The notes: a model not told the origin generated them from the letters alone. Positions 51,274-61,374 are shown, counted from the stretch's first letter. The stretch: DNA of 64,000 bases from a virus (IMGVR_UViG_2684623127_000005), one strand, 5' to 3'. Made by a program: numbers and translations.

Positions 51274-51501
51274 ATGTTTAAATCAGACGTAATTAATTTT
51301 TATGGGACGAAAGCCAAAGTAGCGAAAGCTGCTGGTGTTGATCCATCTGCTGTTTCTCAATGGGGGGAACTGGTTCCTGAAGGTCGCGCGATGCGCCTGC
51401 AAGAGGCATCCGGCGGGGAACTTCAGTACGACCCCAAAGTTTATGACGAATATCGTAAGGCAAAGCGGGCGGGGCGGTTGAACAATGAAAATCACCCCTG
51501 A
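51274..51501 (+). CDS. Cro-like HTH protein
   Basis: ATG at 51274 with GGAGG RBS; HTH (GTKAKVAKAAGVDPSAVSQW). Confidence 0.65.
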   Translation: MFKSDVINFYGTKAKVAKAAGVDPSAVSQWGELVPEGRAMRLQEASGGELQYDPKVYDEYRKAKRAGRLNNENHP

Positions 51502-52036
51502 ACAGGTTTGTGAGGCTCTGGATGCCTGGGTATGTCGACCAGGAATGACACAGGAGCAGGCGACGATATTAATCACGGAAGCATTCTGGGCTCTGAAAGA
51601 ACGCCCGAACATCGATGTTCAACGCGTCACGTTTAATGATGGCGAGGTTGATCAACGGGCGCTGGGCGTTAACCGGGTGAAGATATTCGAACGCTGGAAA
51701 GCTATCGACACCAGGGATAAGCGGGAAAAATTCACGGCGCTGATTCCGGCAATTATGGAGGCTATCCGAATTAGTGATTTCAGGTTGTATCGTGAGATCA
51801 GTGATGGAAAAAGCATTACGTACATGATCGCCGGATTAAACAAAGAATATGGCGATGTGGTGGAGTCCGGGCTGCTTTTTGCGGATCCAGCTGTTGTGGA
51901 ACGTGAGACTGACGAGCTTATAGAAAAAGCTATTGCTTTCAAGCATGCGTATCGTCAGCAATATCAATATTACTTTGCAGATAAACAAATATCTGCCAGG
52001 GGTTCGTATGAGTATCGATGCACTACGATGGGCTAA
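51485..52036 (+). CDS. Rac YdaT-like protein (tentative)
   Basis: 183 aa in the cII position of a Rac-like early-right operon; family from memory. Confidence 0.5.
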   Translation: MKITPEQVCEALDAWVCRPGMTQEQATILITEAFWALKERPNIDVQRVTFNDGEVDQRALGVNRVKIFERWKAIDTRDKREKFTALIPAIMEAIRISDFRLYREISDGKSITYMIAGLNKEYGDVVESGLLFADPAVVERETDELIEKAIAFKHAYRQQYQYYFADKQISARGSYEYRCTTMG

Positions 52037-53048
52037 AAAGGTGAAAACCGGCAGTTCATCCAGTAAGTCTGTATTGACCTGGCTTGCTGATATGTGCGGT
52101 GCCGATTTGTGTGCATACCCGTCTGTATCTGCACTGGCAGATGTAACGGAACTGAACAAAAAGACTGTGCAGGACAGCTTACGACACCTGATGGAGATTG
52201 GGTTAATTGTTGATACCGGTGAGAGAAAAGGCAGAACAAAGCAAATTGTGGTGTACCGACTTATCGGTGTAGAAGAAAGTGTTGCCGAGCCTGAATACAC
52301 CCAAAAACGGGTGTCTTTAAAGGTGGGTAAAATTGGTGCTGTTAATAAAAACAGTACCGAAAACGGTTATGTTTCAGCACAAAAGAGCCCCAAAAACGGA
52401 ACTCTTTGTTGCATGGAAAATAACCAAAGACACCCAAATTTTCCATCAAAGACACCCAAAAACGGATCACGGAACCCAAAGGAACCCAAAGATCTAAACC
52501 CCACACATAACGCACGCGAGAGTGCTCCGACCAGTGAGCAGGAAGTTTTGTCGTTACAGGCAGCCCCCCATGTATTCCTGGATGGCCTGAGCGAACCCAT
52601 CGGAAAATTTCCGATGACCGATAGCTGGTATCCGTCACGGGATTTTCGACGACGGGCTGCGTTGTGGGGGATGGCTTTGCCGGAGACAGAATTTACACCT
52701 GCTGAACTTACCGCATTCCGGGACTACTGGGCAGCGGAGGGGAAAGTGTTTACGCAGATTCAGTGGGAGCAGAAATTCGCCCGTCACGTAAATCACGTCA
52801 GGGCGCAGGTTAAACCAGTCAGCAAGGGGGTAAACCATGCAGCAGCACCAGGTGGCACCGCATCACGGGCAGTTCAGGAAATTCGGGCAGCACGTGAGCA
52901 GTGGGAACGTGAAAACGGATTTATCAGCGACGGAAACGGCCTGGAAGCTGTGGGAACTCATGGGGGAGGTTTATTCGAACCGCTGGACCCAGAAGAACGG
53001 GGCCGCACCTTCGAAGCTCTGGATTGCACAGATTGGCGCGATGACTGA
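52008..53048 (+). CDS. Replication initiator (O-like, N-terminal HTH)
   Basis: MSIDALRWAKKV...SVLTWLADMCG... N-terminal HTH; followed by and overlapping a P-like gene. Confidence 0.6.
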   Translation: MSIDALRWAKKVKTGSSSSKSVLTWLADMCGADLCAYPSVSALADVTELNKKTVQDSLRHLMEIGLIVDTGERKGRTKQIVVYRLIGVEESVAEPEYTQKRVSLKVGKIGAVNKNSTENGYVSAQKSPKNGTLCCMENNQRHPNFPSKTPKNGSRNPKEPKDLNPTHNARESAPTSEQEVLSLQAAPHVFLDGLSEPIGKFPMTDSWYPSRDFRRRAALWGMALPETEFTPAELTAFRDYWAAEGKVFTQIQWEQKFARHVNHVRAQVKPVSKGVNHAAAPGGTASRAVQEIRAAREQWERENGFISDGNGLEAVGTHGGGLFEPLDPEERGRTFEALDCTDWRDD

Positions 53049-53502
53049 GCAGCAAATCCGGCAGGTCTGCCGCCAGTGCATGGACCGCTGCCGGGCGGGT
53101 GAAACATGGCCTCCGGACCTGGCTGAGTTTGTGGCGCTGATTTCGGAAAGCGGGGCCAATCCATTTGGCCTGACGGTGGATGCTGTGATGGAGGAGTATC
53201 GCCGCTGGCGTAATGAGTCCTGGCGATATAACGGAAGCGACAAATATCCGTGGCCTCAGCCTGTGCTGTATCACATTTGCCTCGAGATGCGTTCAAAGGG
53301 GATTGAACGCCAGATGACCGAAGGGGAATTAAAACGGCTTGCAGAACGGCAGCTGACGAAATGGGCAAAGCATGTTAGTAACGGCCTGAGCGTTCCGCCA
53401 GTACGGCGACAACTGGCGGCACCAAAACGCCCGTTGGGACCAACGCCAATTGAGTTGCTGAAACAGGAGTATGAACGCCGGAAAGCGGCTGGTTTTGTCT
53501 GA
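53041..53502 (+). CDS. Replication protein P-family (helicase-loader-like C-terminal region)
   Basis: ...YPWPQPVLYHICLEMRSKG...LKRLAERQLTKW... parallels lambda P C-terminal half (...YPWKSNAHYWLVTNLYQN...LRRKAADELVHM...); ATG at 53041 overlaps the O stop. Confidence 0.65.
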   Translation: MTEQQIRQVCRQCMDRCRAGETWPPDLAEFVALISESGANPFGLTVDAVMEEYRRWRNESWRYNGSDKYPWPQPVLYHICLEMRSKGIERQMTEGELKRLAERQLTKWAKHVSNGLSVPPVRRQLAAPKRPLGPTPIELLKQEYERRKAAGFV

Positions 53503-53535
53503 TTTGAGAAGTATTTTTATCCGGAGGAAGTTTTA

Positions 53536-54306
53536 ATGGAAACCGTATTGCATGCACTGAAAGCGATGGGTAAAGCCAATTCTGTTGAACTGGCGGCACG
53601 AATTGATATCAGCCGTGAAGAAGTTCTCAACGAACTGTGGGAGCTCAAAAAAAATGGCGTTGTTGATAAAACGGGTCACACCTGGTTTCTGGCTGTCGAA
53701 GGTGAATCCCGGGTAACCGAAGAGCGGCCAGTAAAATCTGAAACACAGGATATGCTGACCGAAGAGGTCGCTCCAAAAGTTAGCGCTAACATGATGATTG
53801 AGTTTATCGCTCAGGAGGGGGCTAAAACCTGTGAAGAAATAGCGGGTAAGTTCGGTGTCAGTACTCGCAAGGTTGCTTCCACGCTGGCGGTGGTAACCGC
53901 AACGGGGCGGCTGGCACGCGTTAATCAGAACGGTAGATTTCGTTACTGCATGCCGGGCGATAATTTACCAGCAGAGCCGAAAGCCGCGCTGGTAACGGAA
54001 AATGATGGTAAGGCCTTTCCTCAGCCAGCAGGTGCTGCGTTACCAGTCCGGGAAGCCGCAACACAGGAAGAAATAAAAACTGAAAGTGTGGCGGTCACAG
54101 TGCAGTCACAGCCGTTGTTCACCAGAAAACATCCGGATGGTCTGATTTTACCATCGCTGCATGTGGCTAACCGCGAGCTGCGCCGGGCAAAAGGTCAGGT
54201 TCAGAAGTGGGAGCGTGTCTGCGCCGCGCTGCGGGAGCTGAACAAGCACCGGGATATTGTTCGGCAGATTGTCGATTCATCCGGTCGTATTGTGTCGGAA
54301 AAGTGA
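53536..54306 (+). CDS. Hypothetical protein (256 aa)
   Basis: Clean ORF in the nin-like region. Confidence 0.5.
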   Translation: METVLHALKAMGKANSVELAARIDISREEVLNELWELKKNGVVDKTGHTWFLAVEGESRVTEERPVKSETQDMLTEEVAPKVSANMMIEFIAQEGAKTCEEIAGKFGVSTRKVASTLAVVTATGRLARVNQNGRFRYCMPGDNLPAEPKAALVTENDGKAFPQPAGAALPVREAATQEEIKTESVAVTVQSQPLFTRKHPDGLILPSLHVANRELRRAKGQVQKWERVCAALRELNKHRDIVRQIVDSSGRIVSEK

Positions 54307-54702
54307 TTGCCGGAGGCGCTTATGGCGAAACCTTTTACACACGAACAGCGTGAAGAACTGAAGGCCCGAATTATCGGGCTGGTACGCAAAAATGAACGCA
54401 TGACGATATCACAACTGGAGAGAGCGACGGGAGCAGGCTGGCATTCAGTCAGACGTTGCCTTGTGGATGTACTGGCTTGTGGCGATTTATACATGCCCGG
54501 TAAATACGGTGTTTTTGCATCAGAACAGGTGTATCGCGTATGGCGTAAGGCAGCGGAGAAAACAACCGACCAGACATTGATTCGAAAGTTACCAGACGGA
54601 GAAATACGCCGCTATGACAGGCATCAGAACATAATTTGCAGTGAGTGCCGAAATAGCGAAGTTATGCAGCGTGTACTGGCGTTCTGTCAGGGGAATTTTT
54701 AG
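54307..54702 (+). CDS. Hypothetical protein (131 aa)
   Basis: ORF starting 1 nt after the previous stop. Confidence 0.5.
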   Translation: MPEALMAKPFTHEQREELKARIIGLVRKNERMTISQLERATGAGWHSVRRCLVDVLACGDLYMPGKYGVFASEQVYRVWRKAAEKTTDQTLIRKLPDGEIRRYDRHQNIICSECRNSEVMQRVLAFCQGNF

Positions 54703-54774
54703 GAGGTGGTGCTGTGAGTGAAATTAGCTATCAGGCTTCAATTGCCGCTGGCATTCGCATCAAAGGAGAGGTGC

Positions 54775-55131
54775 ATGGAAATAAAACCAGAAGATGAGTT
54801 AAGTAATATTGTTTTATTTCCGGTAAAAGAGGATGACCCACGTAATCAGGTTAATTTTCTTTATGAGCCATCGGAAAGACCATATTGCCATCACGCCTCT
54901 GTCCGGGTTGACGAAAAAGAGCGTCAGGTCCGCTGTAAAATCTGCGGTGCAGTTGTGGAGCCATTTGACTGGATGCTCTCTGTGGCGAAAAGAGAAACCA
55001 GACTGGCAGATGATGTAAGGCTCTTGCGTCAGGAGGAGCGGGAAAGGCGAAAAAATATAGAAAAGCTAATTCAGATTGAGCGTAACGCGAAAGCGCGGAT
55101 ACGCAGGGCGACAAAATCCAGAACTGAATAA
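54775..55131 (+). CDS. Hypothetical protein with CxxC pair (zinc-ribbon-like)
   Basis: ATG at 54775 with AAAGGAGAGG RBS; CHHAS...CKICGA motif. Confidence 0.45.
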   Translation: MEIKPEDELSNIVLFPVKEDDPRNQVNFLYEPSERPYCHHASVRVDEKERQVRCKICGAVVEPFDWMLSVAKRETRLADDVRLLRQEERERRKNIEKLIQIERNAKARIRRATKSRTE

Positions 55132-55225
55132 TTAAATTTAGCTCTGTTAAAAATTTAATCCTTAACCGGAGGGGGGGGAGGCGCCCTCAGAACATCAGGA
55201 GGCTGTCCGGCAGGGCGGTAGTTAA

Positions 55226-55399
55226 ATGCGAAAGTTCAAAATAATTATTGAAACGGGAATAGCCGGTGGAGATTTCGAGGATGAATTCGAAGTGGATGAT
55301 GATGCGACGCCTGATGAAATACATGACGAAGCAAAAGATATTTTCTTTAACTACTGCAATTACTCATATCACGAAATAAAAGACGAAGAGGAAGAATAA
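55226..55399 (+). CDS. Small highly acidic protein (57 aa), weak call
   Basis: ORF found by eye (below the ORF-track cutoff); more than a third of residues are Asp/Glu; weak RBS. Confidence 0.25.
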   Translation: MRKFKIIIETGIAGGDFEDEFEVDDDATPDEIHDEAKDIFFNYCNYSYHEIKDEEEE

Positions 55400-55658
55400 A
55401 ATGGCTGATTTTGCTTCAACTAAATATAACGCCAATTTTGAAGAATGGCATGAACTGTTAATGGACTATGTAGAGTTACCGCGGTGGAAGCATGGCGTGA
55501 TATGAAGTTGCATAAGAAGTTGCTTTCTTTATCTGGAAATAATATATCCTCTAACGGGAAAGAAATAGAAAATGGTGACTTTAATGAATCCAACCCCCAA
55601 TAAAAAGAGGTTGGGAATACTATGGTTAAATTAGAGTAAATATCTTGGATATCTAAAA

Positions 55659-56375
55659 TTAGGTTACTTTTACGCCTATAAAGGTGTAATCATCCATTAT
55701 GTTTTTCTCAATCCTTTTTCTTAAACTACTCGCAAAAGCTGTTGGTGAGAGCATTGTCTTCTCAGAAAACCTTGGTCTGACATCCCAATGCTTATAGGCA
55801 CCATCAGTCATTGCATAGAGTTGAAGATAGCCATTATAAATTAGCTGGCTAATCGGAAAAGACATTAACTCAAAATTCAAATCCGTTGTATTTGATAAAG
55901 CATTCGTTAGGACTGAAGATAGCCGTTCTTTATGATTTCTTAAATTACGTAATTTATGTTCACCAGAATCAAGGAGTTCTTGATATCTCGTTTGATCAGT
56001 GGTTAACTGATTTAGTTTATTGTTTTTATTGAAGTATACTCGGCAATCACCGGAATGACCAATTAACACTTCATTTTTTTTGATCTGAACAATTGTTAAG
56101 GTTGTGGCAGTGCTAATATCTAAATTGTCAATTTCTTTTTTAGCTGAATGAAATGCACTTTCAATTGAGAAAAAGGAAGTGCCTAGCGTGTGTCTAATGC
56201 CACGAATGGCTGCATGAGATGCAAGCATTGAATGTTCAGAGGAACCAACCCCATCAGCTACTGCAAAGACAATGTTAAAATCGCTATCAAAAGATGGCGG
56301 TAAATAAAAGTCTTCATTTTCTTTTTTTTGGGGTTGTTTTAGGCTAAAACATGCCATTTCAATTATGTTCTTCAT
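55659..56375 (-). CDS. PP2C-family Ser/Thr protein phosphatase
   Basis: FAVADGVGSSEHS metal-binding motif, GDCRVY, and C-terminal MTDG motif; overlaps the upstream kinase stop. Confidence 0.7.
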   Translation of the reverse strand: MKNIIEMACFSLKQPQKKENEDFYLPPSFDSDFNIVFAVADGVGSSEHSMLASHAAIRGIRHTLGTSFFSIESAFHSAKKEIDNLDISTATTLTIVQIKKNEVLIGHSGDCRVYFNKNNKLNQLTTDQTRYQELLDSGEHKLRNLRNHKERLSSVLTNALSNTTDLNFELMSFPISQLIYNGYLQLYAMTDGAYKHWDVRPRFSEKTMLSPTAFASSLRKRIEKNIMDDYTFIGVKVT

Positions 56376-57153
56376 GATTTACCTCCCCCGTCACTTTTAA
56401 AAAATCTTCCAGTAACTCCCGTGTGCTTTGATATCGTTCTTCAGGCCAATGTGCGCAACATTTTGCAATCAATCTTTTTAATTTTTCACTTCTTTCTGTG
56501 GGATATATATCAGTGATAATTTTACCTGCTGCAAATATGTCACTTTGAAAAGAAAAAAGACCGCTATCATGTATTTCGGGCGCTCGATATCCATCTGTGC
56601 CCATGTGATTAGGCTTAAATTTTGTTTTGATTTCGGCCCGTAAGGTATCTCTGTCTTTTACTAGACCAAAATCAGATATTTTATACTTTCCATCGGCATA
56701 ATAAAGTATGTTTCCTGGTTTTAAATCACGATGTATATAGTTGTTTTCATGTATGGTGATAATTCCTTTTAAAATCTGAGTAACAGCAGACTTCCTCTCC
56801 GCGTAGTTCATACCATTGCGGATGGCTTCATATAAGTTACACTCTGCCAATTCCATAACAAAATAAGGTTTATCACCATTTGTATTAAATAAAACTATTG
56901 GCGCTATTGAATCATAGTTTATTCTATTGAGAGTGCATTGTGTTTTGATCTCAACTAAAAAACGCTGTCTTAAATCAGTCAACTCTTTTATAGCGGTCTT
57001 GTCAAAGTCCGGGCAAGGTGAAAAGTATTTGCGAGCATATGTGGTCATGTGGGTCTGGGTTAAGTTATAGACATCAACCTTAAATACTTCGCCAAAACTC
57101 CCTTGTCCTAAACTGCGACCATCTTTAAGTAAATAATTACCGCACCGATCCAC
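56359..57153 (-). CDS. Hanks-type (eukaryotic-like) Ser/Thr protein kinase
   Basis: Gly-rich loop LGQGSFGEV, catalytic loop HRDLKPGNIL, DFG and APE motifs in canonical order. Confidence 0.8.
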   Translation of the reverse strand: MDRCGNYLLKDGRSLGQGSFGEVFKVDVYNLTQTHMTTYARKYFSPCPDFDKTAIKELTDLRQRFLVEIKTQCTLNRINYDSIAPIVLFNTNGDKPYFVMELAECNLYEAIRNGMNYAERKSAVTQILKGIITIHENNYIHRDLKPGNILYYADGKYKISDFGLVKDRDTLRAEIKTKFKPNHMGTDGYRAPEIHDSGLFSFQSDIFAAGKIITDIYPTERSEKLKRLIAKCCAHWPEERYQSTRELLEDFLKVTGEVNHEEHN

Positions 57154-57563
57154 GGCGCCCCCTTAACTCTCAGTAATGGATTGATAAGACTGGAAAAACA
57201 TGCATTACCTCCTTTTATACACGTTTGCTATTTTTATTGCAATGCCTCACCTGTGGGCACTTAGAAAGGTGAGATTCTGATGAGTCTTTAACTGATTGAA
57301 TTCGTTCCAATGTGGGAATCCCACATCGGGAGAACATTACCAATAGGGATAAAAACGATTTGTGGGAAAAGGGGAGTTAAGTAAAATTGCTGCGGGTGCT
57401 TGAGGCTATCTGTCTCAGGCATGAACACCAAAAGGCAGATAGAGAAAAGCCCCAGTTAACATTACGCGTCCGGCAAGACGCTTAACATTAATCTGAGGCC
57501 ATATCTATGCTCTACACACGTAGGTTAGCCTCTTACGTGCCGAAAGGCAAGGAGAAGCAGGCT

Positions 57564-57719
57564 ATGAAGCAGCAAAAGGCGATGCTAATCGCCCTGATCG
57601 TCATCTGTTTAACCGTCATAGTGACGGCACTGGTAACGAGGAAAGACCTCTGCGAGGTACGAATCCGAACCGGCCAGACGGAGGTCGCTGTCTTCACAGC
57701 TTACGAACCTGAGGAGTAA
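57564..57719 (+). CDS. hok: Hok/Gef-family type I toxin (upstream in-frame extension from 57507 is mok-like)
   Basis: MKQQKAMLIALIVICLTVIVTALVTRKDLCEVRIRTGQTEVAVFTAYEPEE is near-identical to Gef/Hok peptides. Confidence 0.8.
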   Translation: MKQQKAMLIALIVICLTVIVTALVTRKDLCEVRIRTGQTEVAVFTAYEPEE

Positions 57720-57935
57720 GAGACTGGCGGGGGAGAAATCCCTCGCCACCTCTGATGTGTCAGGCATCCTCAACGCACCCGCACTTAACCCGCTTCGGCG
57801 GGTTTTTGTTTTTATTTTCAACGCGTTTGAAGTTCCGGACGGCGCCGGAATAGAATCAAAAATACTTAAGTAGCGCGCAGGGAGAAGAGGGATGGACCCC
57901 GAACAGGGGAGTGCTATTTATCTGGAAGGATTCTG

Positions 57936-58196
57936 TTGATGAGAATCGAAGAATTACGTGAAATTTTTAGTGAAGATGGCCTCTATACTGTGCGCGTTGA
58001 GAATGGCGCTATTGTCAGCCACTGCCGTATTAAATGTTTACAGTCTCAACAAAGGAAGAGTGGAGCTGCGTTAATTCATTTTGTGGATGGGCTTGTGACG
58101 GATGGTTTTATTTTGCGTGCAAATGAATTTGTCACATCGTTGCCGTCTCTGAAAGAAGCTGGGATTAAGGCTGGTTTTTCTGCTTTTGAAGATTAG
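57936..58196 (+). CDS. Hypothetical protein (86 aa)
   Basis: ORF in the nin-like region. Confidence 0.4.
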   Translation: MMRIEELREIFSEDGLYTVRVENGAIVSHCRIKCLQSQQRKSGAALIHFVDGLVTDGFILRANEFVTSLPSLKEAGIKAGFSAFED

Positions 58197-58265
58197 TGAA
58201 TTCATCTACAATTCAGCGCAGGGCTGAACCCCTGCTGAGTAACACTGTGCCACCGGAGAAAGCCG

Positions 58266-58544
58266 ATGGCGCAAAATTCCAGACTACACAATTCTGATAA
58301 TTCAGCCGTCTTTGCCAGCGGGCACGGGCGGCGTTCTCATGCATTCAAATCTGACTGGTACCAGCATCCCCCATGCACTGAAGAACAGGCCGAATGGCTC
58401 ATTCAGTGTTACCGCAGGCGCGGATGCGAGGTTAAAAAAGCCCTTAGCCTCGACTACCGTCACTGGATAATCTCCGTCAGGCCCCCTTACTCCGAACGGC
58501 CACCGCGTCCGTCCCGCACATTCCAGCAACGGATCTGGAGGTAA
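58266..58544 (+). CDS. Hypothetical protein (92 aa)
   Basis: ORF ending 1 nt before the DUF968 gene. Confidence 0.4.
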   Translation: MAQNSRLHNSDNSAVFASGHGRRSHAFKSDWYQHPPCTEEQAEWLIQCYRRRGCEVKKALSLDYRHWIISVRPPYSERPPRPSRTFQQRIWR

Positions 58545-58545
58545 T

Positions 58546-59595
58546 GTGCGGGTATTACTTCGACCTGTTCTGGTACCGGAACTCGGTCTGGTTATCGTTA
58601 AGCCAGGCCGTGAATCAATGTCAGCATTCCATAACGGCAGAATACTGGTGGAGCCGGAACCAAAAAGCATGCGAGCTCTGCCGTCCGGGGTTGTACCTGC
58701 CGTTCACCAGCCGCTGGCGGAAGATAAATCACTACTGCCATTTTTCAGCGATGAGCGGGTGATCCGTGCTGCGGGTGGCGCTGGTGCACTGTCTGACTGG
58801 TTATTACGTCACGTGAAATCCTGCCAGTGGCTACACGGTGATTATCATCACAGCGAAACCGTCATTCACCGTTACGGTACCGGCGCGATGGTGTTGTGCT
58901 GGCACTGCGACAACCAGCTGCGGGAGCAGACATCTGATTCACTGGATCAACTTGCTCAACAGAATCTGGCCGCCTGGATGATTGACATCATCCGTCACGC
59001 AATGAATGGCGCACAGGAGCGTGAATTATCTCTGGCTGAATTATCCTGGTGGGCGGTCCGCAATCAGGTGGCGGACGCGCTACCGGAAGCGGTATTACGT
59101 CGTTCGCTGGGGTTGCGTGCGGAAAAAATCCGCTCCGTATACCGTGAAAGCGACATCATACCGGGAGAACAGACCGCCACCAGCATACTGAAGCAGCGCA
59201 CAAAAAATATTGCGCTACCGTCTCACACCCACCAGCAACAGAACCCACCACAGGAAAAGACGGTGGTCAGCATTGCCGTTGATCCGGAGTCTCCGGAATC
59301 CTTCATGAAACGACCTAAACGTCGCCGCTGGGTAAATGAGAAATACACACGCTGGGTAAAGACACAGCCGTGTGCGTGTTGTGGTAAGCCAGCCGACGAT
59401 CCCCATCACCTGATTGGTCATGGTCAGGGCGGAATGGGGACAAAATCTCACGATATTTTCACGCTACCGCTGTGTCGGGAGCATCACAACGAGCTTCATG
59501 CGGATCCGCTGGCGTTCGAAGAAAAGCATGGTTCTCAGGTTGATTTAATTTTTCGTTTTCTTGATCACGCCTTTGCAACTGGCGTGCTTGGGTAA
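58546..59595 (+). CDS. DUF968-like protein with C-terminal HNH-like motif (copy 2)
   Basis: GTG start with GGAGG RBS; C-terminal 110 aa nearly identical to copy 1, N-terminal region diverged. Confidence 0.6.
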   Translation: MRVLLRPVLVPELGLVIVKPGRESMSAFHNGRILVEPEPKSMRALPSGVVPAVHQPLAEDKSLLPFFSDERVIRAAGGAGALSDWLLRHVKSCQWLHGDYHHSETVIHRYGTGAMVLCWHCDNQLREQTSDSLDQLAQQNLAAWMIDIIRHAMNGAQERELSLAELSWWAVRNQVADALPEAVLRRSLGLRAEKIRSVYRESDIIPGEQTATSILKQRTKNIALPSHTHQQQNPPQEKTVVSIAVDPESPESFMKRPKRRRWVNEKYTRWVKTQPCACCGKPADDPHHLIGHGQGGMGTKSHDIFTLPLCREHHNELHADPLAFEEKHGSQVDLIFRFLDHAFATGVLG

Positions 59596-59607
59596 AAGAG
59601 GTGACTG

Positions 59608-59982
59608 ATGCTCATAGATTTGGTTTTACCTTACCCGCCGACGGTGAACACTTACTGGCGACGCCGTGGCAGCACATATTTTGTATCAAAAGCCGGGGAG
59701 CGTTATCGCCGGGCAGTGGCGCTTATTGTTCGCCAGCAGCGACTGAAATTAAGCCTGTCCGGACGGCTGGCAATAAAAATTATTGCAGAGCCACCGGATA
59801 AGCGCCGCCGTGACCTGGACAATATTCTGAAAGCACCGCTGGATGCGCTGACGCACGCGGGGTTGTTAATGGACGATGAGCAGTTTGATGAAATCAATAT
59901 TGTACGTGGAAAGCCAGTATCTGGTGGACGTCTGGGGGTGAAGATTTACCCCATAATGCTTGAAGGGCAGGTCAAAAAATGA
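59608..59982 (+). CDS. rusA: RusA Holliday junction resolvase
   Basis: ...RRDLDNILKAPLDALTHAGLLMDDEQ... matches the RusA catalytic core. Confidence 0.8.
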   Translation: MLIDLVLPYPPTVNTYWRRRGSTYFVSKAGERYRRAVALIVRQQRLKLSLSGRLAIKIIAEPPDKRRRDLDNILKAPLDALTHAGLLMDDEQFDEINIVRGKPVSGGRLGVKIYPIMLEGQVKK

Positions 59983-60800
59983 AACTGGAAGATTTACCGA
60001 AATACTACTCCCCAAAATCCCCTGGCCTGACCGATGCATCGGCCTCAACGTCAAAAGATGCGCTGAGTATCACTGATGTGATGGCCGCGCAGGGCATGAC
60101 ACAGAATCGGGCTGAGATGGGGTTTTCTGCGTTCCTTGGGAAAATGGGCATTAGTATGAATGACAGAGAGCGGGCAACAGAATTGCTGACAGAATATGCA
60201 CTCAGTCGGTGTGATCGCGTGGCGGCGTTAAGAAAACTCCCGGCAGAAATAAAACCGGCAGTGATGCGTATTATGGCTTCGTATGCGTTTGAAGATTATG
60301 CCCGTAGCGCGGCGAGCAAAAAACAGTGCTCCTGCTGTCACGGAAAAAAATTTATTGAAAGCGAGGTTTTTACAAACAAGATCCAGTATCCGGATGGTAA
60401 GCCGCCGGTATGGGCAAAGTGTACGAAAGGTGTGTATCCGTCTTACTGGGAAGAATGGAAAAAAGTCAGGGAGGTGGTAAAAGTTGCCTGTCCGGAGTGT
60501 GGCGGAAAGGGTGAGGTTTCCACCGCCTGTAAGGATTGCCGTGGGCGTGGTGTCGCCATTCATCGTGAAGAGTCGGTAAAACGTGGTATGCCTGTTATCA
60601 GAGACTGCCAGCGTTGTGGTGGTCGTGGCTGTGAAAGACTACCATCAACGGAGGCATTTAATGCCATATGTAATGTAACCGATGCCATATCTCTTGATAC
60701 ATGGAAAAAAACAGTTAAACGTTTTTACGATACGCTGGTGGTGCAGTTTGATATTGAAGAAGCATGGGCAGAACAACAACTGAAAAAGGTGACCAGATAG
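59979..60800 (+). CDS. Putative late antiterminator Q (large Q family with Cys-rich zinc-binding motifs)
   Basis: Position directly upstream of a terminator and the duplicated late segment; CPECGGKG / CKDCRGRG / CQRCGGRGC motifs. Confidence 0.5.
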   Translation: MKLEDLPKYYSPKSPGLTDASASTSKDALSITDVMAAQGMTQNRAEMGFSAFLGKMGISMNDRERATELLTEYALSRCDRVAALRKLPAEIKPAVMRIMASYAFEDYARSAASKKQCSCCHGKKFIESEVFTNKIQYPDGKPPVWAKCTKGVYPSYWEEWKKVREVVKVACPECGGKGEVSTACKDCRGRGVAIHREESVKRGMPVIRDCQRCGGRGCERLPSTEAFNAICNVTDAISLDTWKKTVKRFYDTLVVQFDIEEAWAEQQLKKVTR

Positions 60801-60882
60801 CTTTGTTGATTTTTCCCGAATCTGTGGTAAATTTGCCCTAACGATGGGCGTTTTATGCCTGACGTTAGAAGATTTTTTACAC

Positions 60883-60904
60883 CCCGCCGCCTGGCGGGTT
60901 TTTT
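60883..60904 (+). terminator. Rho-independent terminator (tR-prime candidate of prophage 2)
   Basis: CCCGCC-GCCT-GGCGGG followed by TTTTTT. Confidence 0.5.
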
Positions 60905-61026
60905 ATGACTGAAATCGCGTCAGTACAGTAAACGCGCTGGTGGCGGTGAATACCGGTCTTTCAGCTTGCTGGCTTTTTTGACAAGAGTTATTGGTGTGTC
61001 ACGTTAACCGAAAAAGGGAAAAAGAC

Positions 61027-61224
61027 ATGCTGAAACAGCAGGATATGACAGAAACTGCCAGAGCAGTGTTTAATGAATTAAGCGTCACCGAACCGGCGAC
61101 AGTCGGGGAGATTGCGCAGAATACTTACCTTTCACGCGAACGCTGCCAGTTAATACTGACCCAGCTTGTTATGGCGGGTCTGGCAGACTATCAGTTCGGT
61201 TGTTACAGACGCCTTCAGTCCTGA
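61027..61224 (+). CDS. Hypothetical small protein (copy of 13342-13539)
   Basis: 65 aa, differs from copy 1 at only a few residues. Confidence 0.45.
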   Translation: MLKQQDMTETARAVFNELSVTEPATVGEIAQNTYLSRERCQLILTQLVMAGLADYQFGCYRRLQS

Positions 61225-61374
61225 AGGCTTTTTTATTTGTGGTAAATGGGCGACTGGTGGGTGTTAGGGGCACTCACCAGCCATCTGCTCATGCGTCCGG
61301 ATCACAAGCAAACCTCAGGCCCACTGCTTTGCGCAAAAGCAGAATGAGCCTATCAGAGACAGGCTTAATGATCC

